The notes: generated from the sequence alone by a model not told the origin. Counted from the first letter of the stretch, positions 9,589 to 19,791 are shown. The stretch is 64,000 nucleotides of DNA from an uncultured Desulfobulbaceae bacterium (GCA_945787325.1 CALZHP010000001.1:66214-130213), one strand, 5' to 3'. Numbers and translations: made by a program.

Positions 9589-12336
9589 ATGCCAGAAAAA
9601 AAACATACTCCGGACACTAGTGCACAAAAAAAACCGTTTCCCGCTAAACCATGGGCACGAGAATGGCAGGATGTCGCTCAGGAACTTCATGTTATAGTAG
9701 AAAAAGGCCTCGATAAACATGCTGCTCGGAGGAATTTTAATACTTATGGTCCTAACGCTCTCAGACAGACAAAACCAGTTAGTACTCTTTCCATACTTAT
9801 TAATCAGTTCAAAAATCTTATAGTCGCCTTTTTGCTGATTGCAGGTCTTATCTCTTTTGCCTTTGGCGATTATATAGAGGGTTTTGCAATTATAGCGGTG
9901 ATTATTATCAATGCCACTATCGGTTTTTATACTGAATTTAAAGGGATAAGATCCGTTGAGGCCTTAAGGAAACTTGGCAGCGTAGTTTCCAGAGTGATAC
10001 GTAACGGCGAAATTATTGAAATACCAGCCGATCATATCGTTCCCGGTGATATTATTGACTTGGAAGGTGGCGATGTTATAACTGCAGACTTGAGGATTGC
10101 AAAATCTTCAAAACTACAGGCCAACGAGTCTGTCCTGACCGGTGAATCACTTCCTGTTGACAAATTTAGTGAATCACTATCTGAAGAAACACTTCTGGCA
10201 GAACGGTCCAATATGCTCTTCAAAGGAACCTCTCTCACTAGGGGTGCCGGTTCTGCAATAGTTGTCGGTACGGGCATGAATACTGAACTGGGTAAAATTT
10301 CAGCCCTGGTTGCCGAAACGAAAGAAGATGAAACTCCTCTTGAGAAGAGGCTTAACAAGCTTGGCCATAAATTGATTTGGGTTTGCCTTTCTATTGCCGT
10401 ATTCGTAGTAATAACCGGTGTCTATTCTGGAAAAGATCTTGTTCTAATGGTAGAGACAGCTATTGCTTTAGCGGTTGCATCTATCCCTGAAGGACTGCCG
10501 ATTGTTGCAACAATAGCGCTAGCGAGAGGCGTCTGGCGCATGGCCCGTCGTAATGCCCTTGTAAAAGAACTTTCGGCTGTAGAAACACTAGGTGCAACCA
10601 GCATAATTTGTACCGATAAAACCGGAACCCTTACAGAAAACCTGATGACGGTCTCCACGTTTTCCATCGCCGCAGGTGATGTTGAGGTAAAACCATCTGC
10701 AGATAAACTAGTCTTCGAGTTTAATCGCAGCGGTATGAATATAGATCCGTTCAAGGATACTATTCTTAAACATGCTATTGATATTGGTGTTCTGTGCAAT
10801 AATGCCTCTTACAAGCCAGCAACCATAGATACTGAAAAAGACAAGTCAGTTGGCGACCCTTTGGAAGTTGCACTTCTTGCAGCTGGAGCTGGAGCGGGTA
10901 TATGGAGGCATGACCTGATTGAGAATTTACCTGAGAAAAGAGAAGAAGCTTTCGATTCCACCATCAAGATGATGGCTACCTTTCACGGTACCGATGATCA
11001 ATATCTGGTGGCTGTTAAAGGAGCGCCTGAGTCCGTGCTGGAATCCTCCTCAACTGTTTTAATTGAGGGCGGAGATACAAAACTTACGCAAGAAGGTAAA
11101 AAAAGATGGATGCAGAAAAATGAAGATATGGCAGCGAATGGTCTCAGAGTTATCGCACTTGCTTCAAAAAAAGTTGCAGACCTTAACTCCAAACCATATG
11201 AAGACCTGCAGTTCGTTGGGCTTGTTGGTTTGCTTGATCCCGCCCGCTCCGATGTTAAGGATGCTATCAACCTCTGTCACAAAGCCGGGATTCGAGTAAT
11301 AATGGTAACCGGAGATCAATCTGTTACGGCTCGAACCATTGGGTATTCTGTTGGTATTACAGATGATGATAAAGCCAGGGTACTGCACGGTAGTGAATTG
11401 AAAAGTACTGAAGATTTGACAGTCAGAGAAAAAAAGGAACTTCTGGATGTTTCTCTTTTTTCCAGGGTTAGCCCTAAACAGAAGCTTGACCTAATTGATC
11501 TGCATCAGAGTAACGGAGCTATTGTGGCGATGACCGGTGACGGCGTTAACGACGCCCCTGCACTTAAAAAAGCAGATATCGGCATAGCCATGGGCATGAG
11601 AGGTACCCAGGTTGCACGAGAAGCTTCTGACATGATCCTGAAAGATGATGCATTTTCTTCCATAGTTCATGCTGTTGAGCAGGGCCGTATCATATTCGGC
11701 AATATACGTAAGTTTGTCTATTATCTCCTATCATGCAACATAAGCGAGATTATTACAGTTACTATTGCTTCTATGATAAACATTCCACTGCCTATTCTGC
11801 CACTGCAGATCCTGTTTCTGAACCTCGTTACAGATGTATTTCCAGCGCTTGCTCTCGCAGCAGGCGAAAGCAATCCAAACATAATGAAACAACCACCACG
11901 CTCACCCAATGAACCTATAATGGCCCGCTGTAACTGGTTGGGAGTTGCCGGGTACGGTAGCGTTATCACTGCCTGTGTTCTTGGTGCACTTTTGCTGGCG
12001 CTCTACAAGTTCCATATGCCAGAAAAACAGGCCGTAACTATTTCTTTTCTTACTCTTGCATTTGCGCAACTATGGCACGTATTTAATATGCGTGACCGCG
12101 GAGCTAATTTAATAAAAAATGATATAACAAGAAATCCATTTATATGGGGAGCCATTGTTCTTTGCACCATAATGTTAATAGGAATTGTTTATGTTCCAGG
12201 TTTATCACATGTACTCAAAGTTGAGAATCCTGGTGCTACGGGTTGGCTTATTATAGCAATTATGAGTTTTCTTCCTGTAGTGGCAGGATATTTTTCTAAA
12301 ATAAGAGAAGTGGAGCCGCCTTGTGATCAGTTTTAG
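9589..12336 (+). CDS. P-type cation-transporting ATPase, type II (Ca2+-ATPase-like)
   Basis: 915 aa. TGES, phosphorylation site CTDKTGTLTEN, IPEGLP, MVTGDQ and TGDGVNDAPALKKADIGIAMG. About 10 hydrophobic spans. Confidence 0.9.
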   Translation: MPEKKHTPDTSAQKKPFPAKPWAREWQDVAQELHVIVEKGLDKHAARRNFNTYGPNALRQTKPVSTLSILINQFKNLIVAFLLIAGLISFAFGDYIEGFAIIAVIIINATIGFYTEFKGIRSVEALRKLGSVVSRVIRNGEIIEIPADHIVPGDIIDLEGGDVITADLRIAKSSKLQANESVLTGESLPVDKFSESLSEETLLAERSNMLFKGTSLTRGAGSAIVVGTGMNTELGKISALVAETKEDETPLEKRLNKLGHKLIWVCLSIAVFVVITGVYSGKDLVLMVETAIALAVASIPEGLPIVATIALARGVWRMARRNALVKELSAVETLGATSIICTDKTGTLTENLMTVSTFSIAAGDVEVKPSADKLVFEFNRSGMNIDPFKDTILKHAIDIGVLCNNASYKPATIDTEKDKSVGDPLEVALLAAGAGAGIWRHDLIENLPEKREEAFDSTIKMMATFHGTDDQYLVAVKGAPESVLESSSTVLIEGGDTKLTQEGKKRWMQKNEDMAANGLRVIALASKKVADLNSKPYEDLQFVGLVGLLDPARSDVKDAINLCHKAGIRVIMVTGDQSVTARTIGYSVGITDDDKARVLHGSELKSTEDLTVREKKELLDVSLFSRVSPKQKLDLIDLHQSNGAIVAMTGDGVNDAPALKKADIGIAMGMRGTQVAREASDMILKDDAFSSIVHAVEQGRIIFGNIRKFVYYLLSCNISEIITVTIASMINIPLPILPLQILFLNLVTDVFPALALAAGESNPNIMKQPPRSPNEPIMARCNWLGVAGYGSVITACVLGALLLALYKFHMPEKQAVTISFLTLAFAQLWHVFNMRDRGANLIKNDITRNPFIWGAIVLCTIMLIGIVYVPGLSHVLKVENPGATGWLIIAIMSFLPVVAGYFSKIREVEPPCDQF

Positions 12337-12446
12337 AATAACTGTGATAATCAACTCATTTCATTTACTGAAATCCTTAACTTAATAATTTTTCAAAAAA
12401 TCAATCCAGAAAAAAAATAATATATGATTTTTAAAAATTCTTTACC

Positions 12447-12474
12447 GTTGTTATAACAACATACTTGATCAAGT
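12447..12474. promoter_or_regulatory. Two adjacent perfect palindromes (14 bp GTTGTTATAACAAC and 12 bp ACTTGATCAAGT)
   Basis: Read directly. 12447-12460 and 12463-12474 are each self-complementary. They lie about 100 nt upstream of the GGDEF gene start. Confidence 0.35.
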
Positions 12475-12567
12475 TGATCGTTTTTTGTAACTTTAGAATA
12501 TAATTTTTTTGATGATGAGTGAATTTTTCGAAACCATAAAATTACAGGCGGGCGTAAGGAGGCGTGC

Positions 12568-13941
12568 GTGCCAGAACAAAATGATAAAGCTGAAAGTATA
12601 GGTGGAATATTGCCCAAAAAGGTTATGCGATTGCTGGATGCCCTTAAACGCACGGAAACCGGGACAATAGTTCATAAACATATTAGCAATACTCTATGCG
12701 AACATGAAAAAAATCGGGACACAATTGAAAAAGCTTATGCTGAAATAATTGGACGACTTTTGTTCTTCTTCTCAAATCAGCTTGAGTACAATCCAGAACT
12801 TCTTGCGCAGCTCAAAATAATCCGACTTGGCCTAACACCTCCTTTGTCACTTCATGAACTTGATGTACTACGTGAATTTATTGATAATTCTGTGCAAAGT
12901 GCATACAGCCCTGCCGGTATTAGTGATGATGAATTCCAGGAAGCTATTCAACCGCTGTTGGAGGCATTTGGATTTGTTACATCAGAACAACCTCGTGAGC
13001 GAAAGTTGAAGCCCCCGGCTCAGATAATGGAGCTGGATAAGAATAAACGGCAGAATCAACAGGTTACTGAAGATTTTAACCACCGAAAAGTTGAATATAA
13101 AGTCGATAGTGCTTTTCGTAAACACCTCGAAACTCAACGCGATGAGTTTCAGCGCATTGAACAAGAATTTGCCAAAACCATAACACACGCCATTAAGCAA
13201 AGTAATGCGTTCACAAGCCTCTTGGATCAAAACATTAATGAGCTTACCTCACTTGAAGCAATAGAAGAGAATGAAGAGCTTGAGATGCGCCGCCAAAACA
13301 TAATCCGGGAAATACAAAATATAAGGAATTCCCATCAGGAATATTTAAACGGCTTCTCCCGTATTAATAAGACTATCCAGGAGCTCGATGCAGGCAATCG
13401 CCAGCTCGATGAGGAGCTCAACAGGGTACGATTATTGAGTATGACAGATGATTTAACCGGTTTACACAACCGGCGTGCTTTTCAGCAACGATTGAAAGAA
13501 GAAATCGGCAGGGCCGATCGATATCAGACCCCATTGACGGTTATCATTATGGATTTGGATGAGTTCAAATCTATTAACGATGCCCATGGACACCGGGTGG
13601 GCGATCTGGTGCTCAAACTATACTCCACTGAAGTTTTCTCTATCTTTCGGCAGCATGACATGGTGACCCGCTACGGTGGTGAGGAATTCGCAGTTATCTT
13701 GCCAAACACTGATGCAGAAGGAGGTCTGCGCGCCATTTCCAAAGTGAAACGGAAGGTAAACAAAGTAGTATGCAAGTACCAGGATATTCGTTTTGGCCTA
13801 CCAACTTTTTCAGCCGGTCTCGCTCAGTATCATCCCGGTGAGGATGTCAGTGACTTTGTACACCGTGCTGATACTGCAATGTATCTAGCAAAAAGTAAGG
13901 GACGCAATCTGGTGGAAGAAGCAATAGTTCAACAAGGTTAA
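12568..13941 (+). CDS. Diguanylate cyclase (GGDEF domain) with long coiled-coil N-terminal region
   Basis: GTG start preceded by AAGGAGG. The C-terminal domain has LTGLHNRRAF, DLDEFKSINDAHGH and RYGGEEFAVILPNT. No recognised sensor domain in the N-terminal ~280 aa. Confidence 0.9.
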   Translation: MPEQNDKAESIGGILPKKVMRLLDALKRTETGTIVHKHISNTLCEHEKNRDTIEKAYAEIIGRLLFFFSNQLEYNPELLAQLKIIRLGLTPPLSLHELDVLREFIDNSVQSAYSPAGISDDEFQEAIQPLLEAFGFVTSEQPRERKLKPPAQIMELDKNKRQNQQVTEDFNHRKVEYKVDSAFRKHLETQRDEFQRIEQEFAKTITHAIKQSNAFTSLLDQNINELTSLEAIEENEELEMRRQNIIREIQNIRNSHQEYLNGFSRINKTIQELDAGNRQLDEELNRVRLLSMTDDLTGLHNRRAFQQRLKEEIGRADRYQTPLTVIIMDLDEFKSINDAHGHRVGDLVLKLYSTEVFSIFRQHDMVTRYGGEEFAVILPNTDAEGGLRAISKVKRKVNKVVCKYQDIRFGLPTFSAGLAQYHPGEDVSDFVHRADTAMYLAKSKGRNLVEEAIVQQG

Positions 13942-14063
13942 ATTGCTTACAAACTGTAAGATGCATCTTAACGTAATTGTTTAGCCATTCAACTCTATTT
14001 TTCTTAGCATACTTGATTTTAAAAAAGATGATTTCCGCCTAATTGCAGCATTGTTTACTCAAA

Positions 14064-14987
14064 CTAACTTCCCAGATCTTTCATCAATTTCAGCACCGCA
14101 AGTTCTTTACTTTTGGCCTCTACTTCCACTGTTGCGGTAAGTCCCTTCCAGCACTCAGGGAAGTCTGCCGGATCAATATAATCGGCATGAGGCTTAGGTG
14201 ATCCATTATGCCAACCGTTTTTTGGAGATGAAATGTGAAATAATGGTTCTTTACCGAGTTTTTCACAAAGTTTAACAACTTTCCGAGTCACTTCAGTTTC
14301 AGATAATCCATCTGGAAGACAGCGGTGGTGATGCACATCATAAACCATTGGAATATAATAAGATTCACAAAACGGTAAAAGATCTGCAGGAGTCCAGGAA
14401 ACATCATCATTTTCCAGGGTAAGTCGGCTTCGAATAGATATAGGCAGGTCTTTTATATTTTTTTCAAGACGTTTAAGCGCATTTTTTTTGTGACCGTAAG
14501 TTCCACCAGCATGAAGATTTATAATTTCTGCACCAACCTCTTCTGCAAGCATGGCCTGGTATTCAAGTTCTCTGATTGTATTTAATATTACTTCTTTTCT
14601 GGGTGACGATAGGACATTAAATTGATCAGGGTGAAAACTGAGACGTAGATCATGTAGATCTCTTATTTTACGAATCTTTTCAAAAAAATAACGAATTTCA
14701 GCCTTTTCTGGAAGATCTGTTAGTTGATAACCGACATCAGGATGCGTATAACGTGGAAATAGTGGACTCAACACTCGAAAAGCGCCAATACCTTTTTCAG
14801 AAACAAATTGCAGCGACTTGTATAGACTCTTTACATTTTGAAGACAAATGTCGGATAGGCGTAAGAGTTGCTCGGAACGTGGCAATTTTTGAAGCGTTTT
14901 TGCGGTTATCTGTCTGAAATGAATCGGTTCCTTCCGGAATATGCAGCACAGTCCGAAACGCATCTTTCCATTATTATACATAAGCAA
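14064..14987 (-). CDS. uvsE: UV damage endonuclease (UvdE/UvsE family)
   Basis: TIM-barrel UVDE-like motifs INLHAGG, LTLENDD and VYDVHHH. N-terminus MRFGLCCIF. Confidence 0.8.
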   Translation of the reverse strand: MLMYNNGKMRFGLCCIFRKEPIHFRQITAKTLQKLPRSEQLLRLSDICLQNVKSLYKSLQFVSEKGIGAFRVLSPLFPRYTHPDVGYQLTDLPEKAEIRYFFEKIRKIRDLHDLRLSFHPDQFNVLSSPRKEVILNTIRELEYQAMLAEEVGAEIINLHAGGTYGHKKNALKRLEKNIKDLPISIRSRLTLENDDVSWTPADLLPFCESYYIPMVYDVHHHRCLPDGLSETEVTRKVVKLCEKLGKEPLFHISSPKNGWHNGSPKPHADYIDPADFPECWKGLTATVEVEAKSKELAVLKLMKDLGS

Positions 14988-15053
14988 TTAAATCCTTTTG
15001 TATCCTTATTTTATATCAATAAACTTTAATTACTAAGAAATTGAATACCATAC

Positions 15054-15092
15054 AAAAAAAATAGGGGTTAGTTCAAATGAGCTAACCCCTAT
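15054..15092 (-). terminator. Rho-independent terminator (second of two after the tRNA-Pro region)
   Basis: 11-bp stem ATAGGGGTTAG / CTAACCCCTAT (15061-15071 / 15082-15092). It is followed on the minus strand by a 7-U run (A-run 15054-15060 on plus). Confidence 0.6.
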
Positions 15093-15100
15093 CATAAAAT

Positions 15101-15240
15101 GCCGGGACTATCACGCCATAGGCGAACTTACCCCTTATATTTTAGCAAAATGGTCAGTACGAAAAGATTTGCTATTTTCAGTACCCCCTTGAGGGGTGAA
15201 CTTCCGACCCCCTGAAATCGGCTCAGGGGGTCGCTGGTAC
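15101..15240 (-). pseudogene. Decayed tRNA-Pro copy (15141-15240) plus a short tRNA-3'-end-like fragment (15101-15136)
   Basis: The minus-strand read ...CCCCCTGAGCCGATTTCAGGGGGTCGGAAGTTCA[26-nt insertion]AAATCTTTTCGTACTGACCA aligns to the anticodon-arm/T-arm/acceptor 3' half of the intact tRNA-Pro. The 5' acceptor strand is missing. Confidence 0.55.
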
Positions 15241-15273
15241 AGTAAAGCACAAAAAAAGCGAGACAGGCAATTG
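15241..15273 (-). terminator. Rho-independent terminator after tRNA-Pro
   Basis: Stem GCGAG..AGGCAA/TTGCCT..CTCGC (15248-15273), followed on the minus strand by a 7-U run (A-run 15241-15247 on plus). Confidence 0.6.
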
Positions 15274-15305
15274 CCTAACTCGCTGAAATTATTGAAAGTG
15301 AAAAA

Positions 15306-15344
15306 TGGTCGGGACGATCACGCCTGAGGCGGACGACCCCCGTG
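15306..15344 (-). repeat. Partial tRNA-Pro 3'-end copy
   Basis: The minus strand reads CACGGGGGTCG-TCCGCCTCAGGCGTGA-TCGTCCCGACCA. It shares GGGGGTCG and TCGTCCCGACCA with the intact tRNA-Pro 5 nt upstream, and the T-arm is replaced by a small hairpin. It is similar to the fragment at 15101-15136. Confidence 0.55.
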
Positions 15345-15355
15345 TATCTTATAAA

Positions 15356-15432
15356 TGGTCGGGACGAGAAGATTTGAACTTCCGACCCCCTGAACCCCAT
15401 TCAGGTGCGCTACCAGACTGCGCTACGTCCCG
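15356..15432 (-). tRNA. tRNA-Pro (anticodon GGG)
   Basis: Minus strand CGGGACGTAGCGCAGTCTGGTAGCGCACCTGAATGGGGTTCAGGGGGTCGGAAGTTCAAATCTTCTCGTCCCGACCA. Folds as a cloverleaf with anticodon loop AUGGGGU and an encoded CCA. 77 nt. Confidence 0.9.
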
Positions 15433-15434
15433 AC

Positions 15435-15872
15435 CTATAAGTTTTTTTCAAGCAGATTTAATATATCGCCTAAACCAGACTTGATTTCCTTAACTATGGA
15501 ATCTTCGGGAGCTTTGGAAGGCGTTTTCTTTGCTGTTATTTTCTTAGGAGATGTCTTTTTTTCCAGCTTCTTTTGCTTTTTTCTATCTGCCAGGAATTTG
15601 CGAGCACCGGGAATGGTATAACCATCCTCATGAAGCAGTCTTTTGATAGTTATGATATTTTCAACATCAACCTTTCTATAGAGGCGCTGCTTGGAAGACG
15701 CACGTTGAGGGCGAATTACTTTGATCTCTGATTCCCAGTAACGCAGGACATGAGGCTCAACTCCGGTTATTTCACTTACTTCACCTATCTTGAAGTATAA
15801 CTTGTCTGGAATCACCGGTACAGATGCGATCTGTTTTCTGCCGCCTGAATGTGTTTGGGAATCAGTATGCAA
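15435..15872 (-). CDS. MerR family transcriptional regulator
   Basis: HTH YFKIGEVSEITGVEPHVLRYWESEIKVIRPQR and a Lys-rich tail. The stop codon lies 2 nt from the tRNA-Pro 5' end. It is the last CDS of the pheST-ihfA string. Confidence 0.8.
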   Translation of the reverse strand: MHTDSQTHSGGRKQIASVPVIPDKLYFKIGEVSEITGVEPHVLRYWESEIKVIRPQRASSKQRLYRKVDVENIITIKRLLHEDGYTIPGARKFLADRKKQKKLEKKTSPKKITAKKTPSKAPEDSIVKEIKSGLGDILNLLEKNL

Positions 15873-15895
15873 GCTTTTCTGAGACAGTCTTCTCT

Positions 15896-16195
15896 CTACC
15901 TTTTGTTATGGTTAATCTTTTCACGCAGCCCTTTACTGGGCTTAAAGGTTACCATGCTTCTTTTGGAAATTTCCATGGTTTCACCAGTTCGTGGATTTCG
16001 GCCTATTCTAGGCGCTTTTTTTCTGACCGTCAAGTTACCGAAGTGAACAAGCTTTACAGATTCACCGGAAGTGAGGGATTTTTTCATCGATGAAAAAACA
16101 TTTTTCACAAGTTCTTCCGCACTTCTTTGTGAAAACCCCATTTTCTCATTGATTACCTTTGCAAGGTCCTTGCGAGTTAGATTTGAACGTTTCAT
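15896..16195 (-). CDS. ihfA: Integration host factor subunit alpha (IHF/HU family)
   Basis: 99 aa with DNA-binding arm FGNLTVRKKAPRIGRNPRTGETMEISKRSMVTFKPSKGL. Lies directly downstream of pheT, as ihfA typically does. Confidence 0.85.
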   Translation of the reverse strand: MKRSNLTRKDLAKVINEKMGFSQRSAEELVKNVFSSMKKSLTSGESVKLVHFGNLTVRKKAPRIGRNPRTGETMEISKRSMVTFKPSKGLREKINHNKR

Positions 16196-16196
16196 A

Positions 16197-18653
16197 TTAT
16201 TCTCCAGCCTCTCGTAATCGCCCTTTAAATCGGGACTCTATCATGTTAATAATTTTCTGGTGTATCTGGTTTACGGTCTCGTCATCAAGTGTATGATCTT
16301 TTGAACAGTATGTTACAGAAATTGCAACACTTTTTAAACCAGCTTCAATGGGTTTTCCTTTATAAACATCAAACAACTCAACATCTTTTACAAATTGTTC
16401 ATCTGCACCAATTATTGCATCCAATATTTCCCCTGAAGGAACAGATTCAGAAACAAGAACAGCTATATCCCTGCTGGTTGAAGGAAATTTTGATAACTGC
16501 GTAAATGATCTTGAGGCGGAGCCCAATTCATTTATAATATCAAGATCTAAATCAATATAAAAAACTTCCTGTTTGATGCCGAACTTTTTTAATACTTCAT
16601 GACTCAATAAACCGAAAGATCCAATTAAAGTCTCATTTTGGTCTGTAGTTACAATAGATAAGCTACTCCCTTCAGTTGCATAAGCAAGAGACATATCTGA
16701 TATGTTAAAATCTTTCTTGAATTTATATCCTTGCAACCGCAATTGATTCATCAATGCGACAACGACTCCCTTTACATCAAGCAACCCAACGTTATCCATC
16801 CCAAAATGAAAAACTGATGCATTGGGATTTCTTCTACCACTTAAAGCTGCAGTAAGTCGCATTTTTTCGTGAGGCTGCTCCGAACCTTCGCTACCGCAGG
16901 TTGGATGAAACACCTTACCAATTTCAAAAAGCCTGATATCGGTGTTCTGGTGATTAATATTTCGTTTAACATTTTCAAGAATTCCAGACAAGAGCAATGT
17001 CCGCATGACTGATTGATCTTCAGTTAATGGATTCAGTATCTTTACTGCTCCCCGATGTAAAGCATCTTCACCAAAGTTTAGTTGGTCAAAGTGTTTTTCT
17101 GAAACAAAACTGTAGTTGATAGCTTCATAAAAACCCAGCGAAACCATTATATCCGAAACTTGTTTATGCAAATAAGCGTTCTCGTCTTTCTCGGGGAAAC
17201 TCATGGGTATTGTCGGCAGAGTTGTGGGGATATTATTAAAACCGACCAATCTCGCTACTTCTTCCACCAGATCAACTTCACGCTCAAGATCAACCCTGAA
17301 ACTTGGAGGTTGAACATTGAGTATGTCATCCGTTTCCTGGATAACTACAAGTTCAATATCCTCTAGATATTTTTTTATTTTATCAGCACTAAGATCTATG
17401 CCAAGTAAATCATTGGTCCGACTTACCCTGAGTGATATTGATGGTTTCGGATGAACGCCGTCGTTGCAGTCTATACCGTCCGGCACCGCTTCAGCGCCGG
17501 CAATGTCGACCATCATCTGAACAGCCCGTTCCAGGGCTCTGGTTACTCCAATCGGATCTACACCACGCTCGAATCTGTATGATGATTCAGTTCCAAGGTT
17601 CAATTTCCGAGCAGTACGCCGAATGCTGACAGGATTGAAACAAGCGCTTTCAATAAGCACTTGTGTAGTATCCACGCTCACTTCAGAATTCTGCCCGCCC
17701 ATAACTCCAGCTACCGCAACAGGTCTTTCTGCATCACATATCATGAGCATATCTGTATCGAGTTCTCTATCAACATCATCTAAAGTAGTAAACCTTTCTC
17801 CCTGCGAAGCTTTACGAACAATAATTTTTTCTCCTGACAGCTTCTTAAAATCAAAAGCATGTAAAGGTTGACCATATTCCATCATTATGAAATTTGTAAT
17901 ATCAACAACATTATTGATGGGCCTGAGGCCAATTGAAAGCAATCTTTTTTTAAGCCACCAGGGTGATGGCCCTAACTTTACGTTTTTCACAAGTCTTGCT
18001 GCATAACGTGGGCAGGCATCAAAATCCTTGACTTCAACTGCGAAAGGTACATTTTGACCGGTTAATTCAGGTAGGTTTTCGGATACTGGATGCTTGAGTT
18101 TATTACCAGTAAAACCCGCAACCTCTCTTGCAATTCCAATTACACTTGTACAGTCGGGACGATTAGGAGTCAGATCTACTTCAATGAGAATATCTTTCAA
18201 TCCAAGGGCATCAACAAGAGAATTACCGGATTCAACCTGACCTGTTATGTCCATGATACCATCTTGATCTTCACTGATACCAAGTTCTTTTTCAGAACAG
18301 AGCATCCCCTGAGATTTTTCACCACGAATTTCTGTCTCTTTAATTACAAAATCGGATGTCAGTTTCGTTTCAGGAAGCGCAATTGCGGTATACATTCCTG
18401 CCCGAGCATTAGGTGCACCGCACACAACTCTTTTAATCTCATCCCCTACTTCCACATCACACACTGAAAGCCGATCAGCATTTGGATGAGATTTAACAGT
18501 AAGAATTTTAGCTATTTTAATATCACCTATGTTACCAAACAATTCGTCAACACTGTCTACTTCAAGTCCAAGCATGGTGAGACGGTCTGCGATAATCTCT
18601 GCAGAAAGATCTATATCAATATATTCTTTGAGCCAGTTAAGAGTGAATTTCAT
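16197..18653 (-). CDS. pheT: Phenylalanine--tRNA ligase beta subunit
   Basis: 818 aa. N-terminus MKFTLNWLKEYIDIDL, with a tRNA-binding/B3-4/B5/FDX-ACB layout. Follows pheS. Confidence 0.95.
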   Translation of the reverse strand: MKFTLNWLKEYIDIDLSAEIIADRLTMLGLEVDSVDELFGNIGDIKIAKILTVKSHPNADRLSVCDVEVGDEIKRVVCGAPNARAGMYTAIALPETKLTSDFVIKETEIRGEKSQGMLCSEKELGISEDQDGIMDITGQVESGNSLVDALGLKDILIEVDLTPNRPDCTSVIGIAREVAGFTGNKLKHPVSENLPELTGQNVPFAVEVKDFDACPRYAARLVKNVKLGPSPWWLKKRLLSIGLRPINNVVDITNFIMMEYGQPLHAFDFKKLSGEKIIVRKASQGERFTTLDDVDRELDTDMLMICDAERPVAVAGVMGGQNSEVSVDTTQVLIESACFNPVSIRRTARKLNLGTESSYRFERGVDPIGVTRALERAVQMMVDIAGAEAVPDGIDCNDGVHPKPSISLRVSRTNDLLGIDLSADKIKKYLEDIELVVIQETDDILNVQPPSFRVDLEREVDLVEEVARLVGFNNIPTTLPTIPMSFPEKDENAYLHKQVSDIMVSLGFYEAINYSFVSEKHFDQLNFGEDALHRGAVKILNPLTEDQSVMRTLLLSGILENVKRNINHQNTDIRLFEIGKVFHPTCGSEGSEQPHEKMRLTAALSGRRNPNASVFHFGMDNVGLLDVKGVVVALMNQLRLQGYKFKKDFNISDMSLAYATEGSSLSIVTTDQNETLIGSFGLLSHEVLKKFGIKQEVFYIDLDLDIINELGSASRSFTQLSKFPSTSRDIAVLVSESVPSGEILDAIIGADEQFVKDVELFDVYKGKPIEAGLKSVAISVTYCSKDHTLDDETVNQIHQKIINMIESRFKGRLREAGE

Positions 18654-18744
18654 CAGTTTGTTTCAAATTAAAATGTATAATGAATTTTCAGTTAGAAAAT
18701 CTTTTTCTACGAAGTTTATTCATTTATGTTTAACAGTTAAACAG

Positions 18745-19755
18745 CTAGAACTGCGAAAGAAATCGAATGTCATTTTCATAAAACAAGCGGATATCGTCGA
18801 TACCATATTTCAGCATGGCAATGCGTTCTACACCAAGTCCAAAAGCAAATCCACTGTACAATTCAGAATCATAGCCGACCATTTTGAAAACCTCGGGATC
18901 AATCATACCGGCCCCAAGTATTTCGAGCCAGCCCGTCTGTTTGCAGACTCGGCAACCGTCACCACCGCAAATCACGCATCCGATATCTACTTCGGCACTT
19001 GGTTCTGTAAACGGAAAAAAACTTGGTCGGAATCTCAAAGCAATTTTCTCGTCAAACATTTTCTGACAGAAAACGCTGAGCACTCCCTTCAAATCAGCAA
19101 ATGATACTTTCTTATCAACAAGGAAACCCTCAACCTGATGAAACATGGGGGTGTGCGTTATGTCAGAATCGCATCGATAAACCTTACCGGGAGCAATCAT
19201 CCTGAGAGGAGGTTCTTGTTTCTCCATCGCACGGATCTGCATGGGAGATGTATGAGTCCGCAGAAGGAGGCTCTCATCAATATAAAATGTATCGTGCATA
19301 TCCCGTGCTGGATGGTGTTTTGGGATATTAAGCGCTTCAAAATTATAAAAATCGAGTTCAACATCAGGGCCTTCAGCAACAGCAAAACCTAGTCCTTCGA
19401 AAATTGAACACACTTCGTTCATTATCTGTGTGACAGGATGTAGTTTGCCAAATGGGATGTAACGGCCAGGCAGACTTAAATCTTCAGATTCAGAAACTGA
19501 ACTGAGACCGGCACTGGAAATTTTGGATTGTGTCTCAGTAAATTGCTTTTCTAAATCCTGTTTGATTTCGTTGGCCAATTTACCAAGACGGGGCCGATCT
19601 TCAGGTGATGCCTTGCCAAGATTTCGCATCAACCCGGTGAAAAGCCCTTTGCGCCCAAGATATTTCACACGCAATTCTTCCAGGTCTTTTTCCTGGATAA
19701 TATTGCGAAGCCCTTCTATCGCTTCCGATTTCAGGCGCTTTAATTCTTCATCCAT
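18745..19755 (-). CDS. pheS: Phenylalanine--tRNA ligase alpha subunit
   Basis: Class II motifs [27 protein letters not shown] and [18 protein letters not shown]. Confidence 0.95.
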   Translation of the reverse strand: MDEELKRLKSEAIEGLRNIIQEKDLEELRVKYLGRKGLFTGLMRNLGKASPEDRPRLGKLANEIKQDLEKQFTETQSKISSAGLSSVSESEDLSLPGRYIPFGKLHPVTQIMNEVCSIFEGLGFAVAEGPDVELDFYNFEALNIPKHHPARDMHDTFYIDESLLLRTHTSPMQIRAMEKQEPPLRMIAPGKVYRCDSDITHTPMFHQVEGFLVDKKVSFADLKGVLSVFCQKMFDEKIALRFRPSFFPFTEPSAEVDIGCVICGGDGCRVCKQTGWLEILGAGMIDPEVFKMVGYDSELYSGFAFGLGVERIAMLKYGIDDIRLFYENDIRFLSQF

Positions 19756-19791
19756 AATAATTTATAAAAGGCTGAATCGCTTTAGCGAATA

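Noticed and set aside
18529-19104. 191-aa plus-strand ORF. Similar long antisense ORFs occur at 5988-6506, 28107-28574, 44573-45019 and 27549-27923.
   Set aside because: Each lies antisense to a well-supported conserved gene (pheS/pheT, nnr, the rubredoxin reductase, ampG, rubredoxin). They have low-complexity or implausible sequences, no RBS, and no recognisable motifs.
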